In this document: piece after piece, positions 17,001-25,112 of the stretch | How positions within the stretch are numbered: the first letter of the stretch is position 1 | How the letters are laid out: the number at the start of each line of letters is the position of its first letter | Origin: Bacteroidales bacterium | GTDB lineage: Bacteria > Bacteroidota > Bacteroidia > Bacteroidales > JAADGE01 | DNA: 25,112 bases | Assembly: GCA_026987795.1 (NCBI GenBank) | Contig: JALSMF010000020.1 | Location: 1-25,112, forward strand | Reading direction: 5' to 3' | Notes under the pieces: generated by a model | Told to the model about the DNA's origin: nothing | Databases searched by the model: none | The model's input: only the letters and a program-made list of their open reading frames with translations | Program-made: the position numbers and the translations under genes

Positions 17001-20000
17001 AGTCTTAGTTCATTCATCCATACTTCTATTGATTTCGGTAAGCCGTCGTCAGGTAATATGTTGTTTTCTTTTTTGCGGTTTCTGATACCTATCATAATCG
17101 TTCTGATATTACTCAGATTAGGGTTTCCGGTAATGCTGACTCTTCTTCCTGTTTCATCTGTATATTTTGAGTATTCGGAGGATAAGTTTATTGATACGCC
17201 GTCATGTATTTTTTTGTTTCGTTCTTGTTTTAATGCCTGAAAAATTTCAAAATCTACGTCAAGCATATTTTCCGGACGCCATACAAGTTCGCGGTCTGGA
17301 CTTCCGAGTGTTCCGTCGTAATAACCCGGCTCGGTAAGTTTTAATGGTATTTCGTATTCGTAATAGTTTTCTTTATAATCAGAACCAAGTCTTATGAAAG
17401 CACAAAGGTCGTCGTCGTTAAGCACTTCTCCTTCAATTGCTTCGGCGTGTATAAACATTTGAATTTTTTTATATTGTCTGACATCAAGACTTGCATTTTT
17501 GTAGGCGGCTCTTGCATCTCCGTCGCTGAGATTATATACCTTAAGAGAAATTGCTTGCTCATTAAGTTGTTGCAGATAAGGGTTACCGGGAGATATTTCT
17601 CTTGTAACTCCCGGAGGAAGTATATAATTGACGGGCTGTCTTGAAGAGTTTTCTTCTACGTTAACAGTGTTTACGTCAAGAGATGCATCTGTATATTCCG
17701 GGGTTCCTGCTCCCTCGGTTCCTTCGAGCATAGATAATCTGTATTTACGCCAATCGCCTCTGACTAAGTCAAGTTGAGCAAATCGTAAAACAATTTCCTG
17801 CTCCCAGTCTTTCATAAATAAACGAATAAAACGAATTGATTTAAAATCTGCTATTTGACCGACTCTTTTTTGATAACTGTCAAGAGGAATTTTGAAGTGG
17901 TACCACCTTACCGTTTCTTCATTTTCATTTCTTAATCTTACGGTAGTTTCTTTAATATCGGTAATATAGTTTTCTCCTATTTGCATATCTGAAGGTGTCA
18001 GATGCACCCGATACTGAAAATATGCTTCATTTTCGGTTAAGGTATAGTCGCGATTTATGTCTTCCATGTCGGGTCTTAATTCTGTTGCAGTTACTAAATC
18101 GCCTGTTGAAAAAGAGTTTCCTTCCTGATTATTGTATTTTTTGTATCGGTCTAATATTCCTGTTTGTTGTTCATCGTATGAAGGGTCTCTGAAAAAGAGA
18201 TAGTCATCGTTGGAAGGATCGTTCAATGCGTCTTGGTATGCTTTTGAGCCTGTTCCGTAATTGTCGGCAATGCTTTGCAGGTAGTCTGCAAAGAAAGAAT
18301 TTTCGTCTTCGTCGGAGAGTCCGTCCAGTCCTACGTCCTGATATTGTCTTGCATCTGCAGGTTCTGTGGCAAAAGCGTCTGTAATACGGGGCAGAACAGG
18401 AACTCTTCCCCATACTGTTGTATCAACGTTTATAATATTTGAAGTTGTGGGCATGCCGTTTTCAAATGCTTGCCTTGAGTCTCTTAAAATATCTTCGGAT
18501 ATACTCCCGAGGTTAAAATATATATCTCCGCCGCTGTGATCAGGGTCGTAAATGAAGGGGTCAAGCATCCAGAACTCTATAAATTCAATATTTGCTTCCT
18601 CAAAATCATTTGTTGTTAAAGATTGAGATATTCCGGCCCAACGTGTTTGCGGGTTCAGCAGTTTACCGTCTTGGTTTATTCCGGATGATATCCCGGGTTC
18701 GCCGGATGGTGTGTCAAAGTTATATGGTCCTTTTTCTTCCGGGTAATATGCTAAATTAAGAACATATAAAAATTGCGGAATATCGTTTTGCGGGTCTCTG
18801 TTCGGGAAAATTTCCTGTTCCGGAATTTCTCTGACTCTGTGATCGGACAAATCATCATTTGTAAGGTAGCTTAAAGAACCCGCTCCTGTTAAAAAGTCTC
18901 TGTTTACATTATACCATGCTAATTTTGCTCTGTTATATCCATATCTTAAATCGTTTGAAAATTGGGCTTCCGGAAATAAATCGGGCTGACCTTGAGGCGT
19001 ACTTGATATTTTCCATCGGGAAGGTGATTTTAGGTCTATTGTTACTTTAGCTCCTTCAAAATCGTCAATATTAGCGAAGCCTTCGTCTCCGAGTATTTTA
19101 GGGTGTCCGGGTATAAGTTGAGCGAATTCTCCGGAAAAGTCTATGTTGGATTTTGCTTTTGTTTTTACGAAAGGGATAAATTTATCGACAAAATTTGTTA
19201 AAAACGGAACTTCTTGATTGAAATTTATATTTGTTCCCCAAATAGTGTTTGAAACAGGAATATCTCCTATGTTAACTTTACTCGTAAGCGGTTTTTGGTG
19301 CAAGTGCATAACGGTTGCCCCGATATTGAAATTGTCAGAAAGTCTGTAATCAAAATGAGTACCTATCATTGATTTTGTTCCTATGGCAAACATTGAGTTA
19401 CTTTCAAGTGAAATTTTTATCGGAGTGCCGGATTCCAGCAAACTTTGGTTTATTATTGTAACTCTTCCGAGGTTGTAGTCAACGGTGTAGTCTTGATTTT
19501 CAACAAGTACGGCACCTCCTGCGGTTACGGTAACCGAACCTTCGGGAATGTTCATTGCGTTGAGGTTTATTTCAGAACCGCCCCCCGAGCGATATTCTCC
19601 TTTTAAAAAAAACTTATTTTTTTCGGCTCTTTGTATTGCCTGATTTTGTGTTTCATCATATAGTTCGGTGAATGCGTATTGTTCTGCAATTCTGTTAATT
19701 TCGGGGTCGGTGCTGCCTCCTGTTATTTTTTCTTTAAGATAGTTTCCGAAAGGTTCTGTTACAGGGAAAAATATTTTTCCGTTAGAAGCATTTATGGTTA
19801 TTTTATCTATGAAATCAAAATATCCGTCTGCTCCGGGCTCATTGTTTTTGTTAAGATTATCAAGCCCCATAACCTGCAGTAATATTTGTCCCTGAATTTC
19901 TCCTGCCGGTAAATAATTTATTGATGAGCCGGTTTTGTCGTTTCGGTACATTATGTCAAGTTTGAAGTCTTGGCTGCTGACCTGATATGCATTTATGGAG

Positions 20001-21574
20001 TAGACATTTTTCATCATTAAATTCCAAGTCGGATTTTCAACGGAAAGGATGGTCGGTTTTAAAAGTTTGAGAAATAAAGCATCGGGAGCAGCAGGTTCTT
20101 CGTTTGAAAATTCGCCTACGCGATATGTTTTACCGTCAGAAGTGTTTTCATATTCAAAAGCAACAGCAAGCACCTCATCATTGTTGAGTGCAGAATTTAA
20201 AGAAATATATCCGAGAGTAGGGTTAAAGGTATATTCTGAAGATGTGAGCATACGTGCATTTTGGACTTTTTCGTAATCATCACCGGCTTCAAAATCAGGA
20301 TATGTCGAAAGAATTGTGCTTACGTTGGAGATGTCTCTTAAGCCTGCTTGGTTTACCATTTCCGAATAAAGACTGTTGGTGCCGTTGTCCGGTATTTGTT
20401 GTGCTGTTGTCGTGAAATTGGCAGAGTATATGTGTTGAGAGTTTTCTCCTAAATCGGTAAAGGCTACAATATTTCTGGAATTATCGAATTTTCCGGTTCT
20501 GTTTGTTACCCAAACTTCTATTCTTCTTATGTTTATATTAGAGCTTATAACAGGCAGGTTTTTGAGAGCTTCATCGTATCTGTCTCTGAAATATTGGGAG
20601 ATGAAATAGTGTCTGTTTGCATCATAATTGTCTGCGGTAATTTCAAAGGGAGTTGTTGTGGCTCCGCCCGATACTTCTATTGTTTTACTTTCTCCTTTTT
20701 GTTGTGAGAAAACATTTGTTACGTAGAGGTTTCCGAATTTAAGTTCTGTTTTGAGTCCGAATAAGCTGCGGCTTCCGGTAATAAGTGAGCCGGAGAGAGG
20801 CATTGTAACGTTTCCGGCTTCTATTTTTTGAATTATTTCATCTTCTTTGCCTTCGTAGGCTAATTTAGCATTGTTTTCAAACTCGAAAGTTGCATCGGTA
20901 TCGAAATTTATGCCGAGACGCATTTTGTCTCCTATTTGTCCTGCAACCCCCATTTTTATATTCATATCAAAGTCGAAATTAACGCTTTTTTGCAGGTCTT
21001 TTGTAAGTGCCGGATTTTCATTATTGTTAATTTTGAGACCGAAGATAAGTTCTGCCGTTCCCTGCGGTTTTATATTTATTGTATTGCTGCCGAATATTTT
21101 ATCAAAACCTTGAATGGGAACTATGAGGTTTTTGTTTACAAGCCTGTCAACCAGGCTGTTTTCTCCTTTTATGTTTTCAAGAGCCGAGCGTTCCATCCAG
21201 TATTTGTGAATGTCGGCTTTATTGCTGTATTGTATAAAGTCATCGAAAGACATATAATAAGGGTTCCGATAATTAAAGTTTCCGATTTTATCGTAAAAAA
21301 CAAATTTTCCGGTTTTAGGGTCGTATTTTACAAAAGATTTTATTGTTGACGGGTTTTTGAGAAATAAGGGTGAAGTTTTTCTGACGGAAAGCGGGTCATT
21401 AATATAATCTTCAAACGGAAAAATAAGAGAATCCTCGGGGACTGTATCCTTTATGCCGGGAATAAATTTTATTTTTCCTGAGTCTTTATAGGGTGATGAT
21501 GAAAAAGAAACTACGGAAAAAAAACTTACAATTATTATAACTCCTTTAATTACAGGCTTTGATATTGACTTCAC
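14027..21574 (-). CDS. sprA: T9SS outer-membrane translocon SprA (Sov)
   Basis: 2515 aa with a GTG start. Motifs IKPQGTAEL, FDTDATFEFEN, EDEIIQKIEAGNV, YDANRHYF, NIDDFEG, NRAKLAWY, FKSIRFIR, WMNELRL, IPFPNWRLKY, and a C-terminal GFSLRFNL beta-strand. It sits in the ruvA-sprA-gcvH order familiar from Bacteroidota. Confidence 0.96.
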   Translation of the reverse strand: MKSISKPVIKGVIIIVSFFSVVSFSSSPYKDSGKIKFIPGIKDTVPEDSLIFPFEDYINDPLSVRKTSPLFLKNPSTIKSFVKYDPKTGKFVFYDKIGNFNYRNPYYMSFDDFIQYSNKADIHKYWMERSALENIKGENSLVDRLVNKNLIVPIQGFDKIFGSNTINIKPQGTAELIFGLKINNNENPALTKDLQKSVNFDFDMNIKMGVAGQIGDKMRLGINFDTDATFEFENNAKLAYEGKEDEIIQKIEAGNVTMPLSGSLITGSRSLFGLKTELKFGNLYVTNVFSQQKGESKTIEVSGGATTTPFEITADNYDANRHYFISQYFRDRYDEALKNLPVISSNINIRRIEVWVTNRTGKFDNSRNIVAFTDLGENSQHIYSANFTTTAQQIPDNGTNSLYSEMVNQAGLRDISNVSTILSTYPDFEAGDDYEKVQNARMLTSSEYTFNPTLGYISLNSALNNDEVLAVAFEYENTSDGKTYRVGEFSNEEPAAPDALFLKLLKPTILSVENPTWNLMMKNVYSINAYQVSSQDFKLDIMYRNDKTGSSINYLPAGEIQGQILLQVMGLDNLNKNNEPGADGYFDFIDKITINASNGKIFFPVTEPFGNYLKEKITGGSTDPEINRIAEQYAFTELYDETQNQAIQRAEKNKFFLKGEYRSGGGSEINLNAMNIPEGSVTVTAGGAVLVENQDYTVDYNLGRVTIINQSLLESGTPIKISLESNSMFAIGTKSMIGTHFDYRLSDNFNIGATVMHLHQKPLTSKVNIGDIPVSNTIWGTNINFNQEVPFLTNFVDKFIPFVKTKAKSNIDFSGEFAQLIPGHPKILGDEGFANIDDFEGAKVTIDLKSPSRWKISSTPQGQPDLFPEAQFSNDLRYGYNRAKLAWYNVNRDFLTGAGSLSYLTNDDLSDHRVREIPEQEIFPNRDPQNDIPQFLYVLNLAYYPEEKGPYNFDTPSGEPGISSGINQDGKLLNPQTRWAGISQSLTTNDFEEANIEFIEFWMLDPFIYDPDHSGGDIYFNLGSISEDILRDSRQAFENGMPTTSNIINVDTTVWGRVPVLPRITDAFATEPADARQYQDVGLDGLSDEDENSFFADYLQSIADNYGTGSKAYQDALNDPSNDDYLFFRDPSYDEQQTGILDRYKKYNNQEGNSFSTGDLVTATELRPDMEDINRDYTLTENEAYFQYRVHLTPSDMQIGENYITDIKETTVRLRNENEETVRWYHFKIPLDSYQKRVGQIADFKSIRFIRLFMKDWEQEIVLRFAQLDLVRGDWRKYRLSMLEGTEGAGTPEYTDASLDVNTVNVEENSSRQPVNYILPPGVTREISPGNPYLQQLNEQAISLKVYNLSDGDARAAYKNASLDVRQYKKIQMFIHAEAIEGEVLNDDDLCAFIRLGSDYKENYYEYEIPLKLTEPGYYDGTLGSPDRELVWRPENMLDVDFEIFQALKQERNKKIHDGVSINLSSEYSKYTDETGRRVSITGNPNLSNIRTIMIGIRNRKKENNILPDDGLPKSIEVWMNELRLAGFNEQGGWAARGRLQANLADFSTLALSGEYSTPGFGGIEETVDQRQQSTDFNYDFSASTELGKFFPKKYGIRIPLYFGYSEYRSNPEYDPLNPDIKMTATLSNLTQKEKNEFLKISQDYVKRKSVNLTNIRISGNREKKSKNQNSEKNNKIRPGSKNNTGRRKTPAWAISNWTASYGYNELFSRNINTEHNLLKIHTGALAYNYNITPKNIKPFSKVKLFRKKAFRIIKDFNFYYAPSMIAFRTDIRKSYNEILLRNIDNADVLIDETFDKQFTWNRTYDIKYNLSRNLKFTYSANNQAWVGEPEGKIDKTDEQKWNDYKNSVVDSLRNFGRTTDFHQKLNGTWNIPINQLPMLDWVNANVRYDADYFWTIGPRTQDSTVNLGNTIRNNQRIQFSTQANFSRIYRKVKFLKNVDNKFKGSKKKAKKKFKNVKFSKNNVTLKKNKPRSIVHNLKTENVKLTAKDQNNKEIKGRTEIVNENKVKFYPEESAKKVTIEINGKKEVKENFLRVLSDYTLYALMSVRNISLTYSENNGSIIPGYMKKSNYLGFENFSFNDLNNNAPGWKFITGIQESDFASKAAINGWLSGDTLLNSPVIQNNDVTYNFKATLKPIKGLRIDVSADRRESKQNREFWVTDGYGNLNAQNQSQSGSFSMSFLSIKTAFDKITDSTYNSITYNRFLDYRLDIADRLADERIAEGIAYDRNILNNDTLPADNYINQFPYGYSPTSREIMLPAFLAAYSGKDVNKAGLEMFPLIPFPNWRLKYDGLTYYDFIKKYLKRVTVNHGYRSSYTVSSYQSNSAFTEIGSTGFTDIQDELTGTYFVSEYFVDAVMIDEKFTPLIGIDMRWKNDMSTRIEYKQSRNLTLNFGNNTLTELLRKEYVFGFGYKVPDLEIPMMIQGSQKLFKSDLNFRLDFTYSDNYAVIRRIKEADNQLSAGQKNLSVKISTDYNLDKVTLRIFYDRLVNTPRVSTSFKTSNTHIGFSLRFNLANI

Positions 21575-21644
21575 CGTTGAATGAGTTTTAAGATTTTAAG
21601 AGTAGTTTTTGTATCATAGGCAATTTATATTCAGAGAAACGAAA

Positions 21645-22226
21645 TTATAGTATTTTTAGTGCATTTTTTACAATTTCTTCAACGGACAGTTCGGAGTTTG
21701 ACGCATAAACTTTTTTTACTGCTTTTTCTGCTTTTATTTTCGGAAACCCTAACATTATTAGTGCAGCAGTTGCTTCATCGGGTAAATTGTTTGTGAATGA
21801 ACCGGCGGTTTCATCGTCTGTTTCTGCTTTATTTATTTTATCTTTCAGGTCTATAATAACTCTTTGTGCTGTTTTTGCTCCTATTCCTTTTATGCTTTGA
21901 AAGGTTGCGGCATCATCGGTTCTTATTGCTTTTTTAACGTCATTTGCCGAAAGCGAGGACAGCATAATTCTTGCTGTATTAGCTCCTATTCCGGAAACGG
22001 AAATAAGAAGTCTGAAAATTTCTCTTTCTGTTTTATCTGCAAAACCGAACAAAGCATTGGTGTCTTCACGAATAATTTGGTGAATGTAAATTTTAAAAGT
22101 TTCTTTATTGTTTATTTTTGAATGTGTTTGCAGTGAGATGTTTATAAAATATCCTACTCCGCCTGTTTCTGCAATAACGTAGGTCGGAGTTATTTCGGTT
22201 ATTGAGCCTGTGATGTATTCAAACAT
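21645..22226 (-). CDS. ruvA: Holliday junction branch migration protein RuvA
   Basis: MFEYITG, GVGY.I.IS, LFGF...ERE.FRLLISVSGIG, HhH motif IKGIGAKTAQRVIIDLKDK and C-terminal ALIMLGF. Confidence 0.97.
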   Translation of the reverse strand: MFEYITGSITEITPTYVIAETGGVGYFINISLQTHSKINNKETFKIYIHQIIREDTNALFGFADKTEREIFRLLISVSGIGANTARIMLSSLSANDVKKAIRTDDAATFQSIKGIGAKTAQRVIIDLKDKINKAETDDETAGSFTNNLPDEATAALIMLGFPKIKAEKAVKKVYASNSELSVEEIVKNALKIL

Positions 22227-22244
22227 ATAGCGTTATTTTGGGTG

Positions 22245-22252
22245 CAAAGATA
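22245..22252 (-). promoter_or_regulatory. -7 element TATCTTTG(CACC) upstream of ruvA
   Basis: caaagata at 22245-22252, 18 nt upstream of the ATG, in the classic Bacteroidota TAnnTTTGC context. Confidence 0.62.
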
Positions 22253-22322
22253 AAAAAGTATTACAGGAAATGAAATACTTTGTTTTTGGAGGATTTTGCA
22301 GAGAGGTGTTGTTCAGAGGCTA

Positions 22323-22784
22323 TCAGTTTTTATGTTTTCTTACTATTAAGCCTATGTCAATAACTAAAATTACAGGATTATTATTCATTGTATGGCGTAT
22401 TTTAAAAATGTATTTGCCTTTTTTAAGAAAAACGTTTTCGTCAAAGCTGTGTTCAATATCCCATAACTGTCCGGCAACTTTTCCTAAGTATTTTCCGTTT
22501 TCGTCCGTAACGGGAAATTCTGCATTTTTTATAAATGTTTTGTTTTGCGGGGTGGTTTGTTCTATTTCAACTTTAATTGTTGTAAACGGATATCCTGTTG
22601 AGTGTCGCATTGCAAAAAATAAATCATAGTTTCCGTCTTCGGGAATGTTTACGTTAAATGTTTTAACGTCATTATCAAACCATTTCAGACCTTCTACGGA
22701 CTGAAAGTTTCTGTAAGTATCGCTGCAAGACGTTAAAGAAAGAGCAATTACGGTAATAAAAAGATACAGGCTTAATTTTTTCAT
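22323..22784 (-). CDS. gldH: Gliding motility lipoprotein GldH family
   Basis: Lipobox LTSC at residue 20. Pattern W..NDVKTF, YDLFFAMRHSTGYPF, DENGKYLG, GKYIFKIRHTM and IDIGLIV parallels GldH; 153 aa. Confidence 0.8.
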   Translation of the reverse strand: MKKLSLYLFITVIALSLTSCSDTYRNFQSVEGLKWFDNDVKTFNVNIPEDGNYDLFFAMRHSTGYPFTTIKVEIEQTTPQNKTFIKNAEFPVTDENGKYLGKVAGQLWDIEHSFDENVFLKKGKYIFKIRHTMNNNPVILVIDIGLIVRKHKN

Positions 22785-22788
22785 ATAT

Positions 22789-24204
22789 TTAATTTTTATT
22801 GTTTTTTCTTATTTGTTTAATTCTCCACTCTTGTTTTATTTTGAAATATGCGGCTTCAAAATTTTCTGCAGGTCCGGGAGCTGAAATCAGGGACAGCCTG
22901 CCTTCGGGGTTTATTAAAAAATATGTAGGATAAACATACACGTTGTATTCGTCAATAATTTTACCACCTCCGTCATCGTGCAAAATTGTAATGTCTTTTG
23001 TGTCAATGTTTTTTAGGAATTTTTTGATTTTTTCGGTATTATTTTCTTTAAAAACAAGAACTATTTTCAGCAGGTCTTTTCTTTGTTTAGCCAGTGATGA
23101 GAGAAGTAAAATGTCTTTTTTACAAGTGTAGCTTTCAACGGAGAAGAAACCGAGATATACGAATTTTCCTCTGTAGTCTGACAGGCTGTGCATATATGTT
23201 TCGTTGTCGGGCAGGCGGAAGTCTAAACTTGCATTTCCTGCCATAAGATTTGAAGAGTTGTCTAAAAAGTTTTTTACCGCTCTTAGTGTATTTTCGTTTT
23301 TAATATATCTCTTAGCTGCGTATAAGGTGCTGATTATATTGCTCTTATATATCGTGTTTTTGTAAAATTCTCTGTAAAGATTTATGAACAAAAAATATTC
23401 TCTGAATTCAGTATCGCTGCACAAGTCAGAGCTTGCCAATGTTTTGCTCATCATATTCCAACCTGCTCTCATTCCGAGAAGTTTAAAAAGTGTGTCTCCG
23501 TAGGTTTCAAACAGAACGGTTCCGAGGTTTTCTTTTAAGAGTTTGTTGTAAGCAGGGTTTTTATACAAAACGGGATTTCCGTTAAAGTTTTTTCGAACAA
23601 CGGCTTTCTTGTTTTTGTAAATTGCATTTTGTTTGAGTTCAAGGAATTTATATTTTTTGTAGTTGAGGAAAAATTGATTTTTACAAAATGCGGTACTGTC
23701 GTTAATTGCCTGAATTTGTTTTTCTGTAAGCCCGGGGTTTATATGTTTAGGATTTTTAAAAATTGTTTTTACTGCCGATTCGTATAATGCATCAAATTTT
23801 TTCATTGCTGCCGTAACTGTATTGTCATCGTTTAATATCCTGATATAAAATTCGTAAGGTTTAAAGTAGGGGTTCATAATGTCTTCGCGACGTCTTATCG
23901 TTTTTTTGGGCAAGACAATTTTAAGTTCTTTGCCGGGTTCGACTATAATGTATCCTATGAATACGTCTAAATCAAGAAATGCTTCAAATGTTTCGTCGGT
24001 TTCAATAGTGAAAGTAAAATATCCTTGTTCGTCGACTTTGCTTTCGGCTATAATTTTTTTTGTCATTGTTATATAGTCAGAGAAAGTATAGAGGCGAAGT
24101 GTTTCTTCCGCATATGTTCCTGCATTTCCGTAAATTTTACAAATTTCGGCATTGCTTACAAAAAATGCAGATAAAAGCAGTAATATTCCGAATATTTTCT
24201 TCAT
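22789..24204 (-). CDS. Secreted/periplasmic protein with a C-terminal TlpA/AhpC-TSA-like thioredoxin domain; active site SxxC
   Basis: Signal peptide MKKIFGILLLLSAFFVSNA. C-terminal DFRLPD...HSLSDYRGKFVYLGFFSVESYTC...YNVYVYPTYFLINPEG has the redoxin fold pattern with the cis-Pro YP motif. Confidence 0.8.
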   Translation of the reverse strand: MKKIFGILLLLSAFFVSNAEICKIYGNAGTYAEETLRLYTFSDYITMTKKIIAESKVDEQGYFTFTIETDETFEAFLDLDVFIGYIIVEPGKELKIVLPKKTIRRREDIMNPYFKPYEFYIRILNDDNTVTAAMKKFDALYESAVKTIFKNPKHINPGLTEKQIQAINDSTAFCKNQFFLNYKKYKFLELKQNAIYKNKKAVVRKNFNGNPVLYKNPAYNKLLKENLGTVLFETYGDTLFKLLGMRAGWNMMSKTLASSDLCSDTEFREYFLFINLYREFYKNTIYKSNIISTLYAAKRYIKNENTLRAVKNFLDNSSNLMAGNASLDFRLPDNETYMHSLSDYRGKFVYLGFFSVESYTCKKDILLLSSLAKQRKDLLKIVLVFKENNTEKIKKFLKNIDTKDITILHDDGGGKIIDEYNVYVYPTYFLINPEGRLSLISAPGPAENFEAAYFKIKQEWRIKQIRKNNKN

Positions 24205-24214
24205 AGTTCGAGCT

Positions 24215-25111
24215 TTATTTTATTTCGGTTAATATGCTGATTAAAAGAATTTTCTCAATTTTTTCATTTTCGGACTTAACCGGGATATATTTTTCTGTTA
24301 TTTCTTCTTTATTATTATTACGAGTATATTTCAGAGAGATTGTTTGATTTTTTAATATTTTTTGTAAAATTTCGGAAAAGTCTGTTTGGTTTTTTGTAAA
24401 TGTATTTAACGGTTTGCCGATAATGTCGGCTTGTTTTATTTTGTATATTTCTTCGGCAGCTTTGTTTACGTTTATAATTTTTCCGTCTGATGTAATAAAA
24501 ATTCGGGCAATATTTTCGTCAATTTCAGCAATTTTATTTTTCAGATTTTGTTTTTCTTTTGTGAGTTGTGATATTTTTTCTTCTGATTGTTTTTCTTTTT
24601 CAGCAAGCTCTTCGGATTGTTTTTTGTAGTCTTCAGCGAGTTTTTCCGTTAATTTTTTTGTATTTATGTTGTGAATTTCCGCAGCTATTCTTTCCGCTAT
24701 TACATTCAGAAAATTGATTTTATAATCGGGTATTTTCTTTAATGATGCAATTTCGAGAACTCCGAGTAATTTTTTTTCGTATATAAGCGGCATAAGCAGG
24801 AGAGATTTCGGGGTGTCTTCGCCCAGTCCGGAACCTATATAGGTATAGCCTTCCGGTAAGTCGTCAATTCGCATCATTTTTTGTTGTTTAGCACATTTTC
24901 CTACCAAGCCTTCGCCTATTTCTGTTTCTGTATCTAAAAGTTTCTTTTTATCATATGCATATGCAGCTTCTAAGTGTAATATTTCTTTATCTTTTTTCTT
25001 TTTCAGAATAAAAATACCCGCTTGCTCGACTTCGGTATGTTCTGCCAGTTTTTTTATAACGGGATATGACATTTCTTCCGTATTTTTATAGTTCTGTTGG
25101 AGCAGTAAGGT
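24215..25111 (-). CDS. GAF domain + coiled coil + degenerate PAS-like sensor protein, 5'-truncated by the window edge
   Basis: GAF pattern QAGIFIL...LEAAYAYDKKK...GEGLVGKCA...SGLGEDTPKSLLLMPL...GVLEIAS; PAS-like FITSDGKIINVNKAAEEIYKIKQADIIGKPL. The frame has no stop from ATG 25072 to the window end (…TLLLQQNYKNTEEM), so the true start is probably outside the window. Confidence 0.8.
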   Translation of the reverse strand, partial: TLLLQQNYKNTEEMSYPVIKKLAEHTEVEQAGIFILKKKKDKEILHLEAAYAYDKKKLLDTETEIGEGLVGKCAKQQKMMRIDDLPEGYTYIGSGLGEDTPKSLLLMPLIYEKKLLGVLEIASLKKIPDYKINFLNVIAERIAAEIHNINTKKLTEKLAEDYKKQSEELAEKEKQSEEKISQLTKEKQNLKNKIAEIDENIARIFITSDGKIINVNKAAEEIYKIKQADIIGKPLNTFTKNQTDFSEILQKILKNQTISLKYTRNNNKEEITEKYIPVKSENEKIEKILLISILTEIK

Positions 25112-25112
25112 A

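Noticed and set aside
14189-21349. Plus-strand ORFs of 61-137 aa inside sprA
   Set aside because: They are antisense shadows of a long conserved gene, with no motifs or independent expression signals.
22270-22629. 119-aa plus-strand ORF overlapping gldH
   Set aside because: It is mostly antisense to a gene with a clear lipobox and GldH pattern, and has no recognisable features.
23120-23150. Selenocysteine or stop-codon recoding at the redoxin active site
   Set aside because: The codon is AGC (Ser), not TGA. All main ORFs read through under the standard bacterial code.
1-25112. CRISPR array, IS element, prophage, riboswitch or defence system
   Set aside because: I saw no regularly spaced repeats, transposase, integrase or phage genes, or terminal inverted repeats. 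Intergenic gaps are at most about 200 bp and are explained by the tRNA, promoters and terminators.

Overview
AT-rich, almost fully coding chromosomal window from a Bacteroidota bacterium. The assignment rests on sprA, gldA, gldH, a long three-domain IspG, a propeller/Y_Y_Y sensor and TAnnTTTG promoter elements. Left to right: a hypothetical CDS probably cut by the window edge; a 14-blade beta-propeller/Y_Y_Y membrane sensor fused to a PP2C (SpoIIE-type) phosphatase; a secreted hypothetical protein with a T9SS-like C-terminal tail; ispG divergent from gldA; tRNA-Ile2(CAU); a rhomboid protease divergent from a tricorn-like S41 protease; then a 13 kb minus-strand run of a GAF-PAS protein (5'-truncated), an SxxC thioredoxin-fold protein, gldH, ruvA, sprA, gcvH and rmuC. 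I found no CRISPR array, IS, integrase, prophage or large unexplained gap, and the region looks mostly like core genome. I cannot claim a clearly new system. The best leads are the two orphan signalling proteins (propeller-PP2C and output-less GAF-PAS), the uncharacterised putative T9SS cargo, an insertion in SprA, a palindromic bidirectional promoter core and a possibly leaderless rmuC. All family calls come from motif recognition by eye; no database search was run.
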